Shown: positions 39,144 through 47,854 of the stretch, one piece after another
How positions within the stretch are numbered: the first letter of the stretch is position 1
Layout of the letters: each line of letters begins with the position of its first letter
Assembly: GCA_965198225.1 (NCBI GenBank)
Contig: CBDAOY010000007.1
Coordinates: 64,001 to 128,000 of the forward strand
Length of the DNA stretch: 64,000 nt
Direction of reading: 5' to 3'
Origin: Terriglobia bacterium
Lineage (GTDB): Bacteria > Acidobacteriota > Terriglobia > 20CM-2-55-15
Position numbers and translations under genes: made by a program
The notes under the pieces: generated by a model
Seen by the model: the letters and a program-made list of their open reading frames with translations, nothing else
Database searches by the model: none
Told to the model about the DNA's origin: nothing

Positions 39144-41648
39144 TCAATGTTCGGCAAGGTCCGCGTAGACCTCGCGGGCCCGGTGCCAGACCGACAGTAC
39201 CTCACTTTTCTGTTCCGGGGTATCGAACCGATCGTTGCCTTCGATCAATTCGATAGAGCGATCGATCCAACCCAGGAAGTACCGGGCGTCTTCGGGTGAA
39301 CGCGCCGAGCGGCCGCCCTTGGAGAGGTAGACCGGGCTCGTGTGCGCGTAAACGTAACTGTCCATCAGGAGATGCTGGCGTTCCGGTCCGGTGATGCGCA
39401 CCCCCACCCAGCCGCTTTCGGATATCGGGATCTCGACGTCGAGCGCCACGGTGGAGGGGCTTTCTGCGCGAACCGAATGCACGACGGCCCCGTTGACGAG
39501 GACGTCGAGAGTTTCCATCGGAAGGATCGATCGGGCTTCAGCTTGCACGCGCACAGAACTGTTCCCGGCATCGGCAAGCTGGAGTTCGCTGCCCGCTTCG
39601 CGTCCGTCTACCCGGAAGGTGACCAGCGGCCCGTTGGTCACGAAGGTCTTTCCGCTCGTGAGGCCCCGAATCCAGTCGCCGTAGCGCAGCGGCGTCCCGG
39701 TCTGGACGTAGACGCGAACCGTCCCGATTGCGGGAGCCCTCCAGTAGTCGGTCATCGCGTCGGTGCCTGCCGACGCCGGTATCTTGAAGCCCAGGTTCAG
39801 CAGACGGTACCAGACCTCTGCGCCGACGTATTCGTCGCTCCAGATACAGGCGACGTCGAAGTAGTCCACGTTTCCGAGAGCCGCATTGACGGGGAACTCC
39901 CGCGCCCCGCCGTAGTCGTAACTGGCGGGATCCTCGCCACGGGCATACAGGTACGGGTGAACGTAGCCGCCCACGCCCCCTTGCTCGTGTACTGCGTCCA
40001 GTACGTGAGAGTTCGTCGGATAGAGAGCGGACTGGGCCGTATTCGTCGACGCATGCAGCGGGTAGACGAGCGATTGCAGGTTCAGCAGGGCCATGTGGCC
40101 CGTAAAGCTCGGTCGGTATTCCTGGTTGAAGTAAATCAGACGGCGGTCCCTGGAGAGATCGTGCAGTTTGCCCTCGAAGTACTTCATGTCGTAGATGCGT
40201 CCGCCGGAACGATTGGCGATCAGGTTGTTGACGACGTTCAAATCCTCCGCTTCGGCCTCGAGCCACACCGATTCGGGCGTGGCGTCATAGATGCCTCCGT
40301 AGTTGAGGTGAATGTGGTTGTCGCCGGAGTGCCAACCCTGTGCAGCCATATCGGTCAATCTTTCGAGGGAAAACTCGATCCGGTGGTTTTCACCACCGAC
40401 GATGTCCAGCTCCATCTTCTGCGGCTCGTACTCGAAGCCCTTCGCGACCTCGACAGAGGTCCTTCCCTCGGGAAGATCGATCTCGAACCGGCCCGACGTG
40501 TGGAAGTAGTGACTGTCGGTGACGACCGAGTGCCGATGGAACGCGCCCCGAGGGGTGTAGGGTTTTCCGTCTGAAGCAGTCACATACACGCGCGCCGCGG
40601 TCGGCTCGCCGTCGGCGGAGTCATTGACGATGACCTCGAGTGTGCCGACGGGCTGCCGGTGATCCAGGCTCGTGATCCGAACTTCGGTGGGTGGTCCACC
40701 GACGGCCGGCACCCTCCACAGCGTGAATTTACCGCCCGCGTTGGATATGAAGGCAAGTGTGCTGCTGTCGGGCGACCATGCGGGGGTGAACACTTCGTTG
40801 TCGAAATGCGTCAGCTGGATCGGGTTTGCCGCCTCCGGTGAGAGGAGCCACAACTCGTGGTGGCCGGTGCGGTAGGAGACGTAGGCGATCTTTGCTCCGT
40901 TGGGTGACCAGGTCGGCCGGGCCTGCCAGCTCGTTTCTTCCTGGAGCAGGATGGTCGGCTCCATGCCGCGCCGGATCTGCCAGATCCCTCCCGTGCCGAC
41001 GATGGGCCGCCCGTTGAACGAACGGTTGCTCACGAAGACAGCCCGTTCGCCGTCGGGCGCCCACGCGGGCGTGATGTTCTGATGCTCATCGACGACAAAG
41101 GGTTCCGCTTGCGGGTCGCCCGGCCGGATCGCCCAGATGCCGAACAGTTTTCCCCTTTCGGATGACGCGGTGTAAAGAACCTCGCCCCCGTCCGGCGACC
41201 AGCGGGGGTTGACGTTGAGGCCGCCCGTTGCGGTCAGTTGACGTGAATCACTCCCGTCGCTCCCGACCGACCAGATTTCGATCGAGCGCCCGTCGTCGCG
41301 CGTAAAGACGATTCGGTTGCCGTCCGGCGACCATTCCGGTTCGGAATCGAAATGCACGCTCGACGTGACCTGAACCGCTTCTCCTCCCGAGGCCGGAACC
41401 TGCCACAGGCTTCCCTGCATCGCGAACGCGATCCTCTCCCCATCGGGAGACCACGCCGGCGCCCATGGCCCCGTCGTCACCGGGGGCAGGTACAGGCTCT
41501 CCATGTACATCTGCGCTCCCCCCGTCGAGCCGAATATCGCGAGGTAAGCCGCAGGCAACTGCGGCAGGTGCGCAAACAACGGAACGGAGACCAATGCCAC
41601 GAGCATCGCTCCGATCAGGTACCGCCTGACCGGGTTCGCCTTCTTCAT
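39144..41648 (-). CDS. TolB-like propeller + CehA/McbA family metallohydrolase
   Basis: PxWSPDG repeats; GWHSGDNHIH; GHMALL; GYVHP; ASAGTDAM; TFVTNGP. Confidence 0.85.
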   Translation of the reverse strand: MKKANPVRRYLIGAMLVALVSVPLFAHLPQLPAAYLAIFGSTGGAQMYMESLYLPPVTTGPWAPAWSPDGERIAFAMQGSLWQVPASGGEAVQVTSSVHFDSEPEWSPDGNRIVFTRDDGRSIEIWSVGSDGSDSRQLTATGGLNVNPRWSPDGGEVLYTASSERGKLFGIWAIRPGDPQAEPFVVDEHQNITPAWAPDGERAVFVSNRSFNGRPIVGTGGIWQIRRGMEPTILLQEETSWQARPTWSPNGAKIAYVSYRTGHHELWLLSPEAANPIQLTHFDNEVFTPAWSPDSSTLAFISNAGGKFTLWRVPAVGGPPTEVRITSLDHRQPVGTLEVIVNDSADGEPTAARVYVTASDGKPYTPRGAFHRHSVVTDSHYFHTSGRFEIDLPEGRTSVEVAKGFEYEPQKMELDIVGGENHRIEFSLERLTDMAAQGWHSGDNHIHLNYGGIYDATPESVWLEAEAEDLNVVNNLIANRSGGRIYDMKYFEGKLHDLSRDRRLIYFNQEYRPSFTGHMALLNLQSLVYPLHASTNTAQSALYPTNSHVLDAVHEQGGVGGYVHPYLYARGEDPASYDYGGAREFPVNAALGNVDYFDVACIWSDEYVGAEVWYRLLNLGFKIPASAGTDAMTDYWRAPAIGTVRVYVQTGTPLRYGDWIRGLTSGKTFVTNGPLVTFRVDGREAGSELQLADAGNSSVRVQAEARSILPMETLDVLVNGAVVHSVRAESPSTVALDVEIPISESGWVGVRITGPERQHLLMDSYVYAHTSPVYLSKGGRSARSPEDARYFLGWIDRSIELIEGNDRFDTPEQKSEVLSVWHRAREVYADLAEH

Positions 41649-41668
41649 CGTTTCCCCTCTCACAGCAG

Positions 41669-41852
41669 GTGTAGGTGCGGTCTATGACCGGAACCATTCA
41701 TTAGCGTCGGGCCCACCGTCCCCCTCCCGACGAAACTTGAGCGTTCAAGTACCCATCGCAGTGCGCGCCTGTATGGAGAAAGACAGCTGGTCCGGTCCCC
41801 CCCACGCCTCCCTCCAGCCGGAACCGTGTGCGCTCATAGAGCGCACCTACAC
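41669..41852. repeat. REP-like family A copy 5 interrupted by family B copy 2 (41704-41807)
   Basis: Truncated left arm and intact right arm; the insert is flanked by direct repeats CCGGAACC (41688-41695, 41818-41825). Confidence 0.7.
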
Positions 41853-41882
41853 TCCACCCAACGGCCTACGGATAACGGCCTA

Positions 41883-43307
41883 CTATCCCCCCACCGGCGC
41901 CCGCCGCAGATGCCAATCCGTGGCCGATTCGTACGCGTGGGCCGCGCGGTAGAGCGTGAACTCGTCGAACGGCCTTCCGTAGAGCTGAATCGTAATCGGG
42001 AAGGTCGGCGTCCCGGAGAACATGCCGCAGGGAAGAACCAGCGCAGGGTAGCCTGTCATGTTCCCGATCGAGGTGTTGCCCCGGCGGACCGACGTCGCCG
42101 TGGTTTCATCGTAGCTGGCTCGGGCCTGCTCCGCCGTGCGCAGTTCGCGGGGCTTGTTCTTGCTGCCCGGAACGGCCATGATGTCGCATTTTCGGAATGC
42201 CTGCTGCATCTCCTTCTGCAGGATCGTCCGGATTCGGTTCGCCTTGATGTAGTCGGTTGCCGTGTAGAACATCGCGGCGCCGAGCTCACGCTGAATCTGC
42301 AGGTCGAAATCGTCCCATTGTTCCCGTAGCCGCTTCTCATGGAAGCATGCCGCTTCCGACATCGCGATGATCCACAGCGCCTGTCCTGCAAGCTCGGCGT
42401 GCGGGATTTCGACATCCACGGTCTTGGCGCCCTTGTCGACGAGTAGCTGGACGGCGTCGCGGACGGCCTTGTCGGCCTCAGCCTCGGCGCCCTCGAAGAA
42501 ATAGTTCTTCGGAATTCCGATGCGCAGGCCTTCGACATTGTTGGTCAGTGCTCGACTGTAGTCCGGAACGGGATCGTCTGTGGTCACCGGATCCATCGGA
42601 TCGCGACCGGCAATCACCTGGAGCATGTTCGCGTTATCGGCGACGGTCTTCGTCATCGGTCCAGCGTTGTCGAGTGTCCAGCTCAACGTAGTGACACCAT
42701 AGCGGCTGACGCGGCCGTACGTCTGTTTCAATCCCACGATACCGTTCGCGCTTGCCGGGCCCCGGATCGACCCACCCGTGTCGGTTCCGATCGACAGCGG
42801 GACCATGTAGGCGGCAAGCGACGCTCCGGACCCGCTGGACGAACCCGACGGCGAATAATTCAGGTCCCAGGGGTTGCGCGCTGTTCCAAAGCTCGTCAGC
42901 GTCGCGTTTCCCATTGCGAACGGACTCATCGAAAGCTTGCCCACCATGATGGCGCCAGCCTTGTTCAGACGGTCGGTTATGGTGGATTCGTGGTGCGTGA
43001 CTTTATCCTTCGTGACATCGGAGCTGTTCGTCGTGCGGTGACCCTTCGTCGCCAGGATGTCTTTGGGCGCGTAGGGCAAACCGTGCAGCGGCCCGATGTA
43101 GCGTCCGGCCTGAATCTCCCGCTCCGCCTGCCGTGCTTTCGTGAGCGCTTCGTCGCGCAGAATCGTGATGAAGGCATTCACTCTCGGGTTCAGTTCCTCG
43201 ATCCGGTCCAGGAAAGCCCCGACGACTTCCACCGGCGATACATCCTTGCGGCGGATCATCCCGCCAAGGTCCCTGCCGCTCTTGAAGACGAGTTCGTTTT
43301 CCTGCAT
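41883..43307 (-). CDS. Amidase signature family protein
   Basis: GPLHGLPYAPKD, SGSSSGSG, IGTDTGGSIRGPA (Lys-cisSer-Ser triad); start at MQENE. Confidence 0.93.
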   Translation of the reverse strand: MQENELVFKSGRDLGGMIRRKDVSPVEVVGAFLDRIEELNPRVNAFITILRDEALTKARQAEREIQAGRYIGPLHGLPYAPKDILATKGHRTTNSSDVTKDKVTHHESTITDRLNKAGAIMVGKLSMSPFAMGNATLTSFGTARNPWDLNYSPSGSSSGSGASLAAYMVPLSIGTDTGGSIRGPASANGIVGLKQTYGRVSRYGVTTLSWTLDNAGPMTKTVADNANMLQVIAGRDPMDPVTTDDPVPDYSRALTNNVEGLRIGIPKNYFFEGAEAEADKAVRDAVQLLVDKGAKTVDVEIPHAELAGQALWIIAMSEAACFHEKRLREQWDDFDLQIQRELGAAMFYTATDYIKANRIRTILQKEMQQAFRKCDIMAVPGSKNKPRELRTAEQARASYDETTATSVRRGNTSIGNMTGYPALVLPCGMFSGTPTFPITIQLYGRPFDEFTLYRAAHAYESATDWHLRRAPVGG

Positions 43308-43309
43308 CC

Positions 43310-43609
43310 CTACACCCTCCCTTTCGCCATAAAGATCGGGGCGGGCTCGATCATGTCGTCGATCTCCAGGCTTCGAAACGTCTCGAACTGATCGATGTTC
43401 TTCTGGATCGCCTTGGAGATGACCTCCAGTTGTTCCTCGCTGAGGTCGGCGTCGATGAGAGCAGCCGAGGTGCGGAGCGTGTCCAGCGACACCTCCTTGC
43501 CGGTTTGAGCCAGGACTTCGAGCGCCGCCGGCCCCGTTATTCCCACCGCCGCGAGAATCTGAAGCGCGTGACGGCGTGAGAGTTTGATGTTGTCGGTTCT
43601 GGGTTTCAT
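43310..43609 (-). CDS. Small GatC/AtzG-like amidase partner with a Tat-like signal
   Basis: MKPRTDNIKLSRRHALQILAAVG...ALEVLAQ; C-terminal FRSLEIDDMIEPAPIF; ends 2 nt before the amidase start. Confidence 0.7.
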   Translation of the reverse strand: MKPRTDNIKLSRRHALQILAAVGITGPAALEVLAQTGKEVSLDTLRTSAALIDADLSEEQLEVISKAIQKNIDQFETFRSLEIDDMIEPAPIFMAKGRV

Positions 43610-43628
43610 TCCACCTCCAGGATTTCCC

Positions 43629-43698
43629 GTGTAGGTGCGGTCTATGACCGCACATTTCTTCGGTTCGATACGACGTGCGCTCATAGAGCGCACCTACA
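43629..43698. repeat. REP-like inverted doublet, family A copy 6
   Basis: Same arms as copy 1. Confidence 0.85.
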
Positions 43699-43706
43699 GT
43701 TGCGTG

Positions 43707-45620
43707 TCATTGTCCAACGTGTTTCTCATAGTGTGCTGCGATACGTTCCAGCGAATCGCGAAGCGATTCCGGCCGCCAGTGGTACCAGCCGTGTGGCTCG
43801 TTGTTGTAGAGCACGTATTCGGTCGGCTTGCCCTTCTCCTTTGCCAGTCGGTAATACTCCTCGGCGAGGCTGCTCCTGACGCCGTAGTCCCGATCTCCCC
43901 ACAACATGAGCAGAGGAGCCTCGATACGATCGATGCCATAGAGCGCCGAACGCTCCCTCCAGTGTTGCGGGGCCGCAGTCGGATCTCCGCGGTCTCCGCC
44001 CACGACGTCACCCAGTACCGGCTTCTGGGCCGCCGTGAGATAGTCGTACATGTGGATCAAGTCGGTCGGTCCGTAGAAATTGACCGCCGCCTTCACGAGT
44101 TCCGGGTAGCGGACGAGGATCTGCATCGTGAAGTAGCCGCCGGTGCTGCCGCCTTGCATGACTACGCGTTCGGGGTCCCCGAGTCCCTCCGAGACCACGT
44201 ATTCCACACCCGCAGCAATGTCGTCGATATCGGCACCGCCCCAATCTCCGAAGTTCAACCATTCGTACTCCCGCCCGTTTCCAGCGCTTCCGCGAACCTG
44301 GGGCGCAAGCACGACGTAACCCTTCGATACGAAGTACTGGATGTAGGGGTAAAACCCGTTGACGTGCAGACCGTGGGTATTGGCGCGAGCGTAAATAAGT
44401 AGCGGCGGCAGGCCTTCCGCCGACGCGACGGGCCGGTAGAGAAATGCGGGCACCTCGAGGCCGTCGCTCGAGGGGTACGAGACGAGTTCCGGCTCCACGA
44501 ACAGATCCGTGTTGAGTGCATCGGACATGTGGTCGGTAAGCTGGACCGCTTCGCCGCCGTCGGTTCCGATGATCCAGATATCGCTTGTCGTCTTCGGGCC
44601 CATGTAGGTATGGGCGATCGACTCTCCGTCCGGCGACCAGCGAAACGTCCCCCGCGCCTGTAGCCCTTCGAACCCACCGCTCACACCGTCTCTCGTCGTC
44701 AGTTGTTGGGGTTCGCCGCCTTCGGCCGATACTTTCATCAGGTGAAAGTTCCACCGCTTGTTGGCGACGAACGCGATCTCGTTTCCGTCGGGCGACCACT
44801 GCGGATTGTACTCGTCCCACTCGCTCGTGGTGAGCATGCGGGTCCGGCCCGTTTCGACGTCGACAACCCCGATATTGCGCCAACCGGAACCGTTCGAGAC
44901 GAACGCGATCCTGGTTCCGTCGGGCGACCAGGCTGGAGCGGACTCATGGCTGTCTTCGGTGCCCGGAGTGAGCAACCTCGCCTCGCCCCCTGAACTCGGC
45001 ATGACCCAGATGTCCATTCGCTTCCAGTCGTTGTATCCGCTGCGGTCCGAAGCGAAAGCGATCCATCGGCCGTCCGGCGAGGGACGCGGGTCCCGGTTGG
45101 TGTGAGGACCGGCCGTCAGGTATTCGGGTTCCACCGGGCCGCGCGGGAGGTCCGCCGGCAGCCTGGCGATCTGGTCGTGGCCGCCGGGCCCGCCGCGGAT
45201 GAACACGATCGAATTACCGTCGGGCGTCCACCGCGCAAAGGCTCCGCCGGACCCGTATGAAATGTTGACGGGCGGCGACGGGCGATCCGGCGCCAGGAGA
45301 AAGATGTCTCCTCGTGAGATATACGAAATCCAGCGCCCGTCCGGAGACCACTGCGGGTCGCGTTCCTGTTCGGGATACCAGTCGGTGAGAGGACGGGCGT
45401 TGGAGCCGTCGGCGTTCACGAGCCAGATGTCGTAGCTGCCGTTCCTGGCCGACACGTAGGCAATCCGGCTGCCGTCGGGCGAATGCTGAAACTGCTCGAC
45501 CTTTCCGTTGGTCTGGGCCAGCAGGTCGATGAGCCGATCTGTTGCGTCCGCCGCCGGTGGGTCCTGGATCGGACCGCAGGACGCCAGCAGGAAGGCAATG
45601 ATCGGTATCCCGTATCGCAT
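43707..45620 (-). CDS. S9 family peptidase lipoprotein with TolB-like propeller
   Basis: Lipobox LASC; PD40 repeats; VRGSAGNG; GGSTGG; GDRD; EPHG. Confidence 0.9.
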   Translation of the reverse strand: MRYGIPIIAFLLASCGPIQDPPAADATDRLIDLLAQTNGKVEQFQHSPDGSRIAYVSARNGSYDIWLVNADGSNARPLTDWYPEQERDPQWSPDGRWISYISRGDIFLLAPDRPSPPVNISYGSGGAFARWTPDGNSIVFIRGGPGGHDQIARLPADLPRGPVEPEYLTAGPHTNRDPRPSPDGRWIAFASDRSGYNDWKRMDIWVMPSSGGEARLLTPGTEDSHESAPAWSPDGTRIAFVSNGSGWRNIGVVDVETGRTRMLTTSEWDEYNPQWSPDGNEIAFVANKRWNFHLMKVSAEGGEPQQLTTRDGVSGGFEGLQARGTFRWSPDGESIAHTYMGPKTTSDIWIIGTDGGEAVQLTDHMSDALNTDLFVEPELVSYPSSDGLEVPAFLYRPVASAEGLPPLLIYARANTHGLHVNGFYPYIQYFVSKGYVVLAPQVRGSAGNGREYEWLNFGDWGGADIDDIAAGVEYVVSEGLGDPERVVMQGGSTGGYFTMQILVRYPELVKAAVNFYGPTDLIHMYDYLTAAQKPVLGDVVGGDRGDPTAAPQHWRERSALYGIDRIEAPLLMLWGDRDYGVRSSLAEEYYRLAKEKGKPTEYVLYNNEPHGWYHWRPESLRDSLERIAAHYEKHVGQ

Positions 45621-45637
45621 CGAGTCTGGGCAAGAGG

Positions 45638-45733
45638 GTTAAATAGGGGGGCAGAGCCCCCATTTCCCTGATTGGAACCTGCAATTAGTGAAAAGCAAAT
45701 TGAGTAAATGGGGGCTCTGCCCCCCTATTTAAC
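45638..45733. repeat. MITE/REP-like element with 28-bp perfect inverted repeats (family C)
   Basis: GTTAAATAGGGGGGCAGAGCCCCCATTT (45638-45665) and its exact reverse complement (45706-45733) around an AT-rich spacer. Confidence 0.8.
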
Positions 45734-45740
45734 GCTCTTC

Positions 45741-46823
45741 TCACGGTCCGGGACGCCTGGGCACGTCACCGCCGTTTCGTTGATAGATGATCATGTCTTC
45801 TGTATCGTCGGGTCCCACCACGAGAGGAAGTCGTCCGGCGAGTTCGCGCCGGATCGTATTGACGACTTCCAGGCCGGCCGAAGGTGTGCCGCCCAGGAGA
45901 TGATCCCGCTTGTAACGTACCAGACCTTCGGCGGTCGCGGCATCCAGGACACCGGACGGACGGCCTGCCGCGTCGAAGATCTCCCGGTTGTCCGGAGAAA
46001 GATACCCGAGCCTCGCCAGCGATTCCTGCAGCCATCGAACATCGCCACCCCGGCTCTGTTCCATGACCCGGAACCCGGGCTCCTGGTTGCGGATCGAGCG
46101 CCATCGATAGTAGAGGTTTGCGAGATCGTGGATTGCGCTTCTGCTGTTATCGATCCGCAAGTTGACCAGATCGTCGACGTTGCCGGGGCTGACGCCTCCG
46201 GGTCGCCTTTTCTTCACCACCAGCGTGGCACCCATCCGACCTCTCGCATCCCCACCCGCGCGATCGGCCGCAACCAGAGACCGAAGCAGTCGTTCAGCCA
46301 AAGGCATGCCGGAACCCTCGGTCCCTTCGAAGGTGTCGGCAAATGCGTCGACGACTTCGGGTCCGGCGAGAATGTTGCCGGAAGTGGCGTAGTTGTTCCC
46401 GATCCGGTGACCCTTCCACATGCTCTCCCTGCCGGTTACCGCGACACTCCGGCCTTCGACGTCGACGATGTTGATCTGCCCTCCGCCCCAACCCTCTCCG
46501 TAGCGGTCGCGCAGACGCTGGATGACTTCTTCAGGGCTGGCGCCCTCTTCGAGCCAGTCCATCATCTCGTTGGCGTCTTTGTAGGGAGACCAGCCCATCG
46601 TCGCGATGGCGCCGACGTCGGCCCGCACATGAACCGCGATCGGGGCAACGGCGAAGAACCGCGACGCCATTGCCACACCGACTTCGCCCGTCTCCGGGTC
46701 GTAGCCGACAATCGACATGCTGCTGATGGGACTCATGCCCGGTTCCGGGATCTGGGCAGCCGCCGGCATAGCAACAAGGCAGAGGATGGCGGTCAAACAG
46801 AGTATTGTGTAAGCATTCCTCAT
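45741..46823 (-). CDS. Exported divergent DUF1028 + peptidoglycan-binding domain protein
   Basis: SSMSIVGYDPETGEVGVA, SGNILAG, GGDARG, NLRIDN; DVRWLQESLARLGYL PG-binding-like domain. Confidence 0.85.
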   Translation of the reverse strand: MRNAYTILCLTAILCLVAMPAAAQIPEPGMSPISSMSIVGYDPETGEVGVAMASRFFAVAPIAVHVRADVGAIATMGWSPYKDANEMMDWLEEGASPEEVIQRLRDRYGEGWGGGQINIVDVEGRSVAVTGRESMWKGHRIGNNYATSGNILAGPEVVDAFADTFEGTEGSGMPLAERLLRSLVAADRAGGDARGRMGATLVVKKRRPGGVSPGNVDDLVNLRIDNSRSAIHDLANLYYRWRSIRNQEPGFRVMEQSRGGDVRWLQESLARLGYLSPDNREIFDAAGRPSGVLDAATAEGLVRYKRDHLLGGTPSAGLEVVNTIRRELAGRLPLVVGPDDTEDMIIYQRNGGDVPRRPGP

Positions 46824-46834
46824 GGCCACTCCTC

Positions 46835-47854
46835 CTACGGTGCCTTCCAGAACGACGTCACGCCTTGTCCGCGCGCCCGGTCCTGGAGAATGTCGATCAT
46901 CTTGATCACGGTTTCGCGGTTGACGGAACGGCCGGAACCCAGTTGATGGTCCTGTTTGAACCGGAGTACTGCCTCGACCGTGGCGTCATTGAAGGTCCCC
47001 CGCGGCTGCCCTCCCTCGTCGAACACGGCGCTGTTTTCCGCTTCGACATAGCCCAGCTCCAGCAACCATGTCTGCAAACGACCGACGTCGGCGCCCTGGG
47101 TCTGGAGAATCATTCGAGTCCCGTACTCGCGAGCCCGTTCGACGCGCCAACGCTCGTACAGGTAGCGCAGGTCGTCGATCGCATTCGGGCTGTCGTCGAC
47201 GCGTAGATCGACCAGGATGTCGGTGGCTCCGAACCCGGCTCCAGGCTTGTAGACCTGAAGCGCGGCGCCCAGGCGACCGCGCGCGTCACCACCCGCCTGG
47301 TCCGCAGCCTCCAGGGCCCGCAGGAGGCGTTCGGCCAGAGGAAGCCCGGCCCCCGCGGTTGCTTCGAAGGTGTCGGCGAAACCGTCGACCACTTCCGGGC
47401 CGGCCAGAATGTTGCCCGACGTCGCGTAGTTGGCGCCGATGCGATGACCCTTCCACTCGCTGGAGTTCGGGTTCGTCACCGCCGTGCTGCGGCCGGCGAC
47501 GTCGACGATGCTCATCTGGCCGATGTTGTCGTATTGTTCCCGCAGGCGTGCGGTGACTTCTTCCGGGCTAGCGCCTTCCTCCATCCAGTCCAGCATCATT
47601 GGGCCGTCTTTATAAGGCGCTCCGCCCATCGTGGCTATCGCTCCGACCCCTGCGCGCACGTGCGTCATCACGTAACCCACGGCGAACACGCGCGACGCGG
47701 AGGCGACACCGACTTCTCCCGTGTCCGGGTCGTAGCCGACGATCCCCATGCTGCTCATCAGGTGCTCTTCCCGCGTGAGGTCGACTTGAGCCTGGGCCGG
47801 CAAGGCCGACAGCAGGATCATGGCTAGAGCGACGATCATGCCCCGGTGTCTCAT
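46835..47854 (-). CDS. Exported divergent DUF1028 + peptidoglycan-binding domain protein
   Basis: SSMGIVGYDPDTGEVG; DLRVDD; DVGRLQTWLLELGYV...FKQDHQL. Confidence 0.85.
   Translation of the reverse strand: MRHRGMIVALAMILLSALPAQAQVDLTREEHLMSSMGIVGYDPDTGEVGVASASRVFAVGYVMTHVRAGVGAIATMGGAPYKDGPMMLDWMEEGASPEEVTARLREQYDNIGQMSIVDVAGRSTAVTNPNSSEWKGHRIGANYATSGNILAGPEVVDGFADTFEATAGAGLPLAERLLRALEAADQAGGDARGRLGAALQVYKPGAGFGATDILVDLRVDDSPNAIDDLRYLYERWRVERAREYGTRMILQTQGADVGRLQTWLLELGYVEAENSAVFDEGGQPRGTFNDATVEAVLRFKQDHQLGSGRSVNRETVIKMIDILQDRARGQGVTSFWKAP

Noticed and set aside
3674-43698. Recurrent palindromic repeats as a CRISPR array
   Set aside because: They are dispersed inverted doublets, not tandem direct repeats with spacers, and no cas genes are present.
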